Of a stretch of DNA of 4,786 bases, positions 1 to 4,786 are shown one piece after another. The DNA lies in IMG/VR virus record IMGVR_UViG_2565956721_000003; one strand, given 5' to 3'. The first letter of the stretch is position 1; each line of letters starts with the position of its first letter. The stretch is from a virus. Taxonomy: Duplodnaviria > Heunggongvirae > Uroviricota > Caudoviricetes. Position numbers and translations under genes: made by a program. The notes under the pieces are model-generated. The model did not search any database. It was given only the letters and a program-made list of their open reading frames with translations, and was not told where the DNA came from.

Positions 1-555
1 AAGCAGAAAAAGCTTATTATGCTTCCATCGGAAACGATGATCTGGCAGCCTGAGTTCACAGATAAAACACTCTCCAGGAAACCCGGGGCGGTTCATTAGA
101 TGCTTTTTGCTGACTAGCATATTTACAGCATCACGAAGCGGAGTCCTGTCATCAACAGATGTTTTCTTCCGTGCATTTGCTGCCTCTCCCTTTGTCCAGT
201 AGTCATGCAGCACAGTAAAGCATTCTTCCTGGTACTGAATCAGTTTATCGCGGATGTCAGCACGAACTTTCTCAGGGTTGATGCTGAACAGCCATCCATT
301 TAACTTCTTCAAAGGAAGGCAGAGTAGCTTACGAAGCTTACCATCAGCGGCAACCATGTTCATATGAACACAGTTGAATTTGCTAATCTGCTTCATGAGT
401 TTTGTTTGCTGCGTTGACCAGCTCATTCCGAGGTTTTCAACGATTGGCTTCATCGCAACATATGCAACTCCGGCAGCCATGGCGGTGATAATTTGCTGAC
501 CGTTGAATGGCACGTAAGAGGTGTTCACTGCTTCTAAAATTGCTATACTATTCAT
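1..555 (-). CDS. ant: Phage antirepressor Ant (AntA-type N-terminal domain); 5' portion only, gene continues past the window start
   Basis: Minus-strand frame is open from the ATG at 555-553 to position 1 (185 codons, no stop), translated by hand as [60 protein letters not shown]...[20 protein letters not shown] lies about 10 nt upstream of the ATG. The N-terminus matches my recollection of P22 Ant and AntA-domain antirepressors, and the gene sits downstream of an arc-like gene as in P22 immI. Not in the ORF track because it runs off the window edge. Confidence 0.8.
   Translation of the reverse strand, partial: MNSIAILEAVNTSYVPFNGQQIITAMAAGVAYVAMKPIVENLGMSWSTQQTKLMKQISKFNCVHMNMVAADGKLRKLLCLPLKKLNGWLFSINPEKVRADIRDKLIQYQEECFTVLHDYWTKGEAANARKKTSVDDRTPLRDAVNMLVSKKHLMNRPGFPGECFICELRLPDHRFRWKHNKLFLL
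541..549 (+). promoter_or_regulatory. Candidate extended -10 promoter (TGcTATACT) firing antisense to the ant start; possible Psar analogue
   Basis: Plus strand 541-549 reads TGCTATACT, a TGn + TATAAT-like hexamer with one mismatch. No good -35 was found. A start about 7 nt downstream would fall at about 556, opposite the ant ribosome-binding site. Confidence 0.3.
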
Positions 556-637
556 GTTGGTTTTTCTCCACGGATTTACCGACAACCGAAGCCCTGACTG
601 TTCCAGCAGTTGGGGCTTCACTGTTTTGATTTCTTTG
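556..637 (+). ncRNA. Candidate small antisense RNA (sar-like) complementary to the ant ribosome-binding site
   Basis: A candidate promoter at 541-549 and a plus-strand hairpin with T-run at 588-637 bracket a roughly 70-80 nt transcript antisense to the ant Shine-Dalgarno and start codon. In phage P22 a 68-69 nt antisense sar RNA from the arc-ant intercistronic region is established. Inference from sequence signals only. Confidence 0.35.
588..637 (+). terminator. Plus-strand intrinsic terminator-like hairpin followed by a T-rich tract
   Basis: GAAGCCC (588-594) pairs with GGGCTTC (613-619), with possible inner CTG/CAG pairs, followed by ACTGTTTTGATTTCTTTG (620-637). On the minus strand the same hairpin is not followed by a T-run, so the signal is orientation-specific. 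Confidence 0.4.
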
Positions 638-787
638 CCGCATCAAGCATCACTTCTGAAAACGTGCGCTTGCCACTGAATACTCTTTCTCTTCTCAATT
701 TTTCGTTCGTGCCAAATGATTCGCCATGAACAAAATTTGGTCTTAAAATGGTAATCGCAATCTCTTTGACTACTGCATCCAAGCGAA

Positions 788-940
788 TCACACCGTTACC
801 CCCTCTCTCTTCAGGCTGTCTATCAGGCGCTTGATAACCTCTGAGTTAAACGACCTGCACTCTTCCTTTGCCCTGCTACCGATAGCATCCTTTAACGACT
901 GCGGCATCCTTACCAAAATCTTACTTATTTCTTTCTCCAT
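788..940 (-). CDS. arc: Arc-like ribbon-helix-helix repressor (50 aa)
   Basis: Within track ORF 788..976 the likely start is the internal ATG at 940-938, preceded by GGAGGG with 5-nt spacing. Product MEKEISKILVRMPQSLKDAIGSRAKEECRSFNSEVIKRLIDSLKREGVTV has the size and the 'xxRSxNSE' core of P22 Arc (NGRSVNSE in P22) and lies immediately upstream of ant. Confidence 0.8.
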   Translation of the reverse strand: MEKEISKILVRMPQSLKDAIGSRAKEECRSFNSEVIKRLIDSLKREGVTV

Positions 941-976
941 GTTACCCTCCACGCAAACAACTCTTTTCGAATACAA

Positions 977-1041
977 AAGATAGCAAAGTGAGTATATCTA
1001 GTCAAAATTTTTTTGCATACACTTTGCTATCAAATTGAATA
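977..1041. promoter_or_regulatory. Divergent arc/ant (Pant-like) and mnt (Pmnt-like) promoter region with a perfect 12-bp inverted repeat, candidate operators
   Basis: Minus strand: TTGACT (complement of 1000-1005), 17-bp spacer, TATCTT (complement of 977-982), a good sigma70 match about 35 nt upstream of arc. Plus strand: weaker TTTGCA/TTGCAT (1012-1018) and TTGAAT (1035-1040) upstream of mnt. GATAGCAAAGTG (979-990) and CACTTTGCTATC (1020-1031) are exact reverse complements 29 bp apart; one half overlaps the Pant -10 and the other lies in the Pmnt spacer. Confidence 0.5.
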
Positions 1042-1054
1042 CCAAAGGTGTTAT

Positions 1055-1303
1055 ATGGCAAAGGGTGTGTCAATTTCTCCAACTACGGTAAGAATCCCTG
1101 AATCTTTACGCGAGGCTCTTGCTGTCAGAGCATCAAAAAATGGTCGCTCTGTTAACTCCGAGATCGTCATGATTTTGCAAGCCGCGATTGATGAAGATAG
1201 GTCGCCAAAGTCAGTTGAGTCATTTGCTCAGCAAGAAGCTGATAAATTCAAAGAGGCGCTACTTGAGACGCTAAAGACCATGTATGCTAAGGATGAAAAA
1301 TAA
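1055..1303 (+). CDS. mnt: Mnt-like ribbon-helix-helix repressor (82 aa)
   Basis: Within track ORF 1013..1303 the likely start is the ATG at 1055, with AAGGTG 4-5 nt upstream. Product MAKGVSISPTTVRIPESLREALAVRASKNGRSVNSEIVMILQAAIDEDRSPKSVESFAQQEADKFKEALLETLKTMYAKDEK matches P22 Mnt in length (82 aa), in the NGRSxNSE motif and in the C-terminal TLKxxYxK segment. It is divergent from arc as in P22 immI. Confidence 0.8.
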   Translation: MAKGVSISPTTVRIPESLREALAVRASKNGRSVNSEIVMILQAAIDEDRSPKSVESFAQQEADKFKEALLETLKTMYAKDEK

Positions 1304-1837
1304 TGCTGCACACAATTCATTTCTTATGCCCTGTTAACACTGCCACTGTTGGGCAACTTCAGAACCACTGTCTCACCGCATTATCTCAAGGCGCAACTGA
1401 ATTAAATATCCATATATCAAGTCAGGGAGGGGAAACTGCTTGGCTTTACTGCGTATAACTTTCTTAAGTCACTCCCTGTTACCGTTAGAACTCACAACAT
1501 AAGCAATGTTGAATCCATAGCTAATATCGTTTTCCTGGCTGGCTCAGAACGTTTCGCAAACCCATTATCAAGATTCCTGTTACATCCTCTATTATGGTGC
1601 TTTGCCTCCCCAGCCGCCGACCATGCCAGATTGAGAGAGTACGGGAAATGCCTCGATAACGATCTTGATCGCTTCGTTGAGACGTTCAATATCGACATCG
1701 GAACCCATATTAGGTGGGCATCCCTGATAGCAGACTCGACCATTTTGGATGCTAACAAGGCTCTTGAGCATGGCATAATTAATTCCATAAAAACTGCAAG
1801 GCTGGCATCCAATCAGGCAAACTGGTGGGTTGTTTGA
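1303..1837 (+). pseudogene. ClpP-like (S14-type) serine protease gene, start overlapping the mnt stop (TAATG), interrupted by a single-nucleotide frameshift near 1440-1441
   Basis: Frame 1 (1303-1458) gives MLHTIHFLCPVNTATVGQLQNHCLTALSQGATELNIHISSQGGETAWLYCV*. Frame 2 (open 1406-1837, includes track ORF 1631..1837) gives ...GFTAYNFLKSLPVTVRTHNISNVESIANIVFLAGSERFANPLSRFLLHPLLW...DANKALEHGIINSIKT.... Joined, this aligns with remembered E. coli ClpP across [47 protein letters not shown] and APEAVEYGLVDSI, with Ser/His/Asp at the expected triad positions. Removing one T from GCTTGGC (about 1439-1443) restores ...GGETAGFTAY.... Confidence 0.6.
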
Positions 1838-1862
1838 TGGGTAAATCATGATTACTCCTTAT

Positions 1863-1887
1863 AAAAAACCCACCTGACGGTGGGTTT
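1863..1887. terminator. Bidirectional intrinsic terminator between the convergent protease gene and the toxin operon
   Basis: AAAAAA (1863-1868), CCCACC (1869-1874), loop TGAC, GGTGGG (1879-1884), TTT (1885-1887). On the minus strand the stem is followed by six T, so termination is strongest for the minus-strand operon ending at 1886; on the plus strand only three T follow. Confidence 0.6.
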
Positions 1888-2335
1888 AGTCAAACATAGT
1901 GTTTCTAAAGTCTCTCGCATACCCTGCTAACACTCTCATTCTATTATGATTGTTAGCAGACATGTGAGCTACAGGATGAAAAAGAGCAATCAATGAATAC
2001 CTGTTCTCATCAAAAAGATTTTGTGCATAAACGAGAGCGGTATTGGATGTTTTATGCCACTGCAACTTTTGCGGTGTGCTGATATCTGTGCCATTTTTTA
2101 TTGGCTCAAATTTATTTTCACCAATTGCTAAATGAAGGTGCATAAGGCCTGCATCTTCAATATCAGGAGGTCGATGATAAGAGGTGTCTCTGCCAAAATA
2201 GCTGGGCAACGTTCCCGTAGACTTGTAGATGATAAAATCATCTACAAGTGTTTGTTTTAAATCAGGAAACTCAACAAAAACCGGGGAGAAAAAATAGTCA
2301 AAACTATCCTGATTATATTCCACGGTTACTTGCAT
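1886..2335 (-). CDS. YafO-family toxin (ribosome-dependent mRNA interferase family), 149 aa
   Basis: Track ORF 1886..2335. FIIYKSTGTLPSYFGRDTSYHRP, LMHLHLAIGENKFEP and ALVYAQNLFDENRYSLIALFHPVAHMSANNHNRMRVLAGYARDFR align with E. coli YafO as I recall it (FISYKRDGVLPDIFGRDALYDDS, VAHIHLANENNPFP, HLVYCQGAFDEQAWLLIAILKPEPHKLARDNNQMHKIGKMAEAFR). The ATG at 2335 is 8 nt after the upstream gene's stop, with GAGG overlapping that stop. Confidence 0.8.
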   Translation of the reverse strand: MQVTVEYNQDSFDYFFSPVFVEFPDLKQTLVDDFIIYKSTGTLPSYFGRDTSYHRPPDIEDAGLMHLHLAIGENKFEPIKNGTDISTPQKLQWHKTSNTALVYAQNLFDENRYSLIALFHPVAHMSANNHNRMRVLAGYARDFRNTMFD

Positions 2336-2343
2336 GTTTTACC

Positions 2344-2910
2344 TCAGTGGAAGTTACCAGAGTGAAACACACGAGTCCCGTGCTCAGCAAGCGCACGCAA
2401 ACCAGCCATATCTACGGAACTATCAAAAACAACCGGAACACATGAGCGTTGTTTAATAAGACTATTCAGGTTGGTTACGGCAGATCTGGCATCAGCAACA
2501 ACGATATAGATATCTCTTGCGATCTCTTTAAAATCAGCAGAAGCTTCTTTGAATACCGATTTCATTGCCCCTTCAAGTCCTCTCAATTGATGCTCTATCA
2601 ATCGAGACTTTTCTGGTTCAATGATAGACAACACATTGTCTACATTCTCATCGGTAGCGTTTGCAAGAACACGATAAGCGTATTTCAGCATTCGAGACAA
2701 TTCTTTAATCGAAGACACCGCCTCATGAAGCTCATCATTAGCCCGTTCACTGCTGAATGAGGATTGATGGTAAGCGTGCTGAACGTTATCAGTAACAACC
2801 ACCTCACAACTGAACGCAGAAGCTTGCTGTAATAGCAAACCTATTGCGACTCCAGCTTTGGCAGCGTTCAAGCTAAACATTTCATCAATCCCATTAGTCT
2901 CATTGCTCAT
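2344..2910 (-). CDS. Hypothetical 188-aa protein encoded immediately upstream of, and coupled to, the YafO-like toxin gene; candidate atypical antitoxin or partner
   Basis: Track ORF 2344..2940; preferred start is the ATG at 2910-2908, preceded by AAGGAGG with 5-nt spacing (the track's Met at 2940 is a TTG with no RBS). Product MSNETNGIDEMFSLNAAKAGVAIGLLLQQ...GLRALAEHGTRVFHSGNFH has no recognisable RHH or HTH N-terminus and no family I can name. It is roughly twice the size of the known YafO partner YafN (97 aa). Confidence 0.7.
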   Translation of the reverse strand: MSNETNGIDEMFSLNAAKAGVAIGLLLQQASAFSCEVVVTDNVQHAYHQSSFSSERANDELHEAVSSIKELSRMLKYAYRVLANATDENVDNVLSIIEPEKSRLIEHQLRGLEGAMKSVFKEASADFKEIARDIYIVVADARSAVTNLNSLIKQRSCVPVVFDSSVDMAGLRALAEHGTRVFHSGNFH

Positions 2911-2977
2911 ACAAACCTCCTTCTTATCGGAGATTATCAATAGCTATGCATCCATTGAATACACGCTATGCGCAATA

Positions 2978-3006
2978 AGTTTACGTCACGTGATATCATT
3001 ATGCAA
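2978..3006 (-). promoter_or_regulatory. Candidate sigma70 promoter for the 188-aa/YafO-like operon, with palindromic candidate operator in the spacer
   Basis: Minus strand: TTGCAT (complement of 3001-3006), 17-bp spacer, TAAACT (complement of 2978-2983), about 60 nt upstream of the ATG at 2910. The spacer contains overlapping 8-bp palindromes TCACGTGA (2986-2993) and TGATATCA (2991-2998). Confidence 0.35.
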
Positions 3007-3085
3007 CCACCGTTCTATCACCGACTAACTTTACTCCCACTCCTATACATCATCTGGTATCCTGCGCAAAACTAAGGAGGTTGGT

Positions 3086-3436
3086 GTGAATGCTCAGTCT
3101 GTCATCATGGTTTTCCTTGGGCTGATTGTCGCAAAACTATATCCAGACTGGTGGAAAGGGGCATTAGCTACTGTCGCCATCTATTTGCTTTTATCCATCG
3201 TTAAGCGATCACTCGCTGAGACCGTAAATCAAGCAAAACGTTTCTCATTTAAGAGTTTAATAAACTATGTTACTGGGCTTATTTTTTGCCTTTCAATTCT
3301 GATCGCTTCGGCTTTTTTGCCCGTATCAATAGCTAATTTTTTTGGCGCACCATATGAGGTAGGTTATCTATTCTCTGTTTCCTGTCTTGCCATTGCTCTT
3401 CTTTACCTGTGGACGAGATCAAAGAATAAAAATTAG
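3086..3436 (+). CDS. Small integral membrane protein (116 aa, about four predicted TM helices); candidate superinfection-exclusion or abortive-infection effector
   Basis: Track ORF 3086..3436 with GTG start and AAGGAGG (3074-3080) at 5-nt spacing. Four hydrophobic stretches (SVIMVFLGLIVAKLY, GALATVAIYLLLSIV, LINYVTGLIFCLSILIASAFL, YLFSVSCLAIALLYLW) and a basic C-terminus RSKNKN. It occupies the position between mnt and gene 16 where P22 carries sieA; I could not confirm sequence similarity to SieA from memory. Confidence 0.65.
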   Translation: MNAQSVIMVFLGLIVAKLYPDWWKGALATVAIYLLLSIVKRSLAETVNQAKRFSFKSLINYVTGLIFCLSILIASAFLPVSIANFFGAPYEVGYLFSVSCLAIALLYLWTRSKNKN

Positions 3437-3453
3437 CCATCCGTGGCTGCCAG

Positions 3454-4691
3454 TTATTGAGCTTCTTTTTGTGATGCCTGTGCGACTCTGGTGAGCGATT
3501 GTGTGACCGTACTGATCGCTCTGTCATATGCTGTGCTACCTTTTGGCGTATTTGCCAGACGTAACAAGGCATTTCGTATAACAGGGCTTTCGTATGCCTT
3601 CGCAGCTCCTCCTACGACACCAGCAGCAGGAACAACAAACGCAGCCGTTTTTAGCATCCCCGCTAATACTGCTGCGTTTATGATGCCACCACCAACTAAC
3701 AATCCATAAAGCTGCTGACCATTTAAGTTTTGAACGTTCGCTTTTGCCGCGTGTCTTGTATCGTTGAGGTATTTAATAACGCCGTCCAGTTCCTTTCCAT
3801 GTACGCCTTTAAAGAAAGTTGCTGATTGCTTCCTGTTCCGGTGTAACGCATTAATAAACTTTTCAACACTAATATTTCCAGACGGATCAGTCGCCTTATC
3901 TACAGCATTCTGAACTATGGCTGCTCGTGCGTTTTGCCTACCATTGTCATCCAGAAGCCTGTAAAGCTGAGAACGTTCTGATGGGTTTTGGCTAAAAACG
4001 AGTTTTGTTACATCCTCAGGTGTAGCCTTGCCGCTGGCTATTGCCTTTTGAACGCGCGTTCTTCCCATCATGTCATTGAATCTAGCCCATGAGCGATCAA
4101 CCCTAGACATATTGGCAGCTTCTTCTGAGCCTAGTTTTTGGGATACTGCTTTTTTCATATCCGCTGTATATGCCTTGTAGACAATATCGCTGGCTTTCTG
4201 GAGCGTGTCTTTATCAACAGTCTCGTTTGAATTCATGAACCGCTTTCGAAGGTCAGTTCTGTTTTCTCTCGCCAGACGCAGGTCATTGGGTCCGCTGGTG
4301 ATATCGTCTTTAAATTGCTGCAAGACTTTTACCGCGGCTCTATCCTGAGATTTGCCCGGGCGGCTTAACACGGCAATCTGATTGTCGATAGCTTTTACCG
4401 TGTTTGAGAGATCGACAGGGGTATCCCCCATAGCGTCAATTATGCGGTTATATCGCTTTCCTGCTGCCTCAATGAATTTTTGTTGCCCTTTAGTCGCAGA
4501 TTCATAAAGCTGTTTATCAGAAATGCCACCCAGACCATCGCTAAATGTTCTGACTAAATTTTCTCGTGCTTGTTGTTGATTCAGCCGATTCTTACCGGTT
4601 CCAAAAAAAGGAACTCTTTCGCCTAATGTCTGAGCCTGACTCTGCATAAAGGTTTTATCTTTCAGCGTGTCACTGGTCATTAACGGCAGGT
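3454..4691 (-). CDS. Phage late protein, probable DNA ejection/injection protein (P22 gp16-like by position), 3' portion; 5' end interrupted by an IS element
   Basis: Track ORF 3454..4680 (408 aa). The frame stays open upstream of the ATG at 4680 through the IS boundary and stops only at 4717-4719 inside IS sequence, so the native N-terminus is missing. A glycine-rich hydrophobic segment (GLLVGGGIINAAVLAGMLKTAAFVVPAAGVVGGAAKA) sits near the C-terminus. Assignment to gp16 rests on synteny with P22 (gene 16 lies next to the sieA/mnt side of immI) and on the size deficit (about 410 of roughly 600 aa). Confidence 0.5.
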
Positions 4692-4786
4692 TGAACCGCC
4701 CCGGGAATCCTGGAGACTAAACTTCCTGAGAAAGAGGTAAACAGGATGACTAAAAATACTCGTTTTTCCCCCGAAGTCCGTCAACG
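4692..4786 (+). mobile_element. IS3-family insertion sequence (IS629/IS1203-like), left terminal inverted repeat and start of orfA; continues beyond window
   Basis: TGAACCGCCCCGGGAATCCTGGAGACTAAAC... from 4692 matches the IS3-family left end as I recall it (TGA terminus), followed by AGAGG and the ATG at 4746. Confidence 0.65.
4746..4786 (+). CDS. IS3-family transposase OrfA, N-terminal 13 codons only
   Basis: Translation MTKNTRFSPEVRQ(R) matches the OrfA N-terminus of IS629/IS1203-type elements from memory. AGAGG lies upstream of the ATG. Confidence 0.65.
   Translation, partial: MTKNTRFSPEVRQ

Noticed and set aside
941-976. N-terminal extension of the arc ORF as drawn in the track (MYSKRVVCVEGN...)
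   Set aside because: The internal ATG at 940 has a near-consensus GGAGGG RBS and yields an Arc-sized 50-aa product; the extension would overlap the promoter.
1013-1054. N-terminal extension of the mnt ORF as drawn in the track (MHTLCYQIEYQRCY...)
   Set aside because: The extension starts at a non-ATG codon inside the promoter/operator region and has no RBS. The ATG at 1055 has an RBS and gives the expected 82-aa Mnt-like length.
1492-1812. Minus-strand ORF (106 aa) antisense to the ClpP-like gene
   Set aside because: No RBS, no recognisable product, and it overlaps the better-supported plus-strand protease frame.
1592-1849. Minus-strand ORF (85 aa, Cys-rich) with AAGGAG-5nt-ATG start, antisense to the 3' half of the ClpP-like gene
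   Set aside because: The plus strand here shows a long ClpP-like alignment with aligned catalytic residues. The minus-strand start signal is created by the 16-bp palindrome GTAAATCATGATTTAC, and the product resembles nothing I recognise. Kept only as a note under the palindrome finding.
2248-2445. Plus-strand ORF (65 aa) overlapping the 5' end of the YafO-like gene and the 3' end of the 188-aa gene
   Set aside because: Antisense to two well-supported coupled genes, with a low-complexity basic product and no start signals.
2449-2760. Plus-strand ORF (103 aa) inside the 188-aa gene on the opposite strand
   Set aside because: Antisense shadow ORF; no RBS and no family resemblance.
3436-3453. 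Short hairpin GCCATCCGTGGC between the convergent membrane-protein and ejection-protein genes
   Set aside because: Only a 4-bp stem with no flanking T-run on either strand; too weak to call a terminator.
3333-3572. Minus-strand ORF (79 aa) spanning the membrane-protein gene's 3' end and the ejection-protein gene's 3' end
   Set aside because: It overlaps two better-supported genes and crosses their convergent junction; the product is basic and low-complexity.
3491-3709. Plus-strand ORF (72 aa) antisense to the C-terminal region of the ejection-protein gene
   Set aside because: Its Ala/Pro/Thr-rich product mirrors the Gly/Ala-rich hydrophobic segment on the opposite strand; a typical shadow ORF.
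1-4786. CRISPR array, tRNA or rRNA genes
   Set aside because: No regularly spaced direct repeats, no cloverleaf-like conserved tRNA motifs and no rRNA-like segments were seen on either strand.

Overview
This window reads as a fragment of a P22-like (lambdoid, Salmonella/E. coli-type) prophage, on the reverse strand relative to the usual P22 map. All similarity statements below come from reading the six-frame translations against remembered protein families; no database search was run.

Layout, left to right:
- 1-1303: an immI-type immunity module. ant (antirepressor, minus strand, runs off the window start), arc (minus) and a divergent mnt (plus), with a promoter/operator region between arc and mnt.
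- 1303-3436: an accessory island at the position P22 uses for sieA, between mnt and the ejection-protein gene. It carries (i) a ClpP-like serine protease gene whose start overlaps the mnt stop and which has a one-nucleotide frameshift, (ii) a convergent two-gene operon encoding an unrecognised 188-aa protein followed by a YafO-family toxin, and (iii) a divergently transcribed small four-helix membrane protein.
- 3454-4691: the 3' part of a large late-region gene (gp16-like ejection protein by position), on the minus strand.
- 4692-4786: the left end of an IS3-family (IS629/IS1203-like) insertion sequence, which interrupts the 5' part of that gene.

The strongest candidate for an undescribed system is the 188-aa protein + YafO-like toxin operon, possibly acting with the neighbouring protease and membrane protein as a lysogen-expressed defence or exclusion cassette. 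No rRNA, tRNA or CRISPR array was seen.
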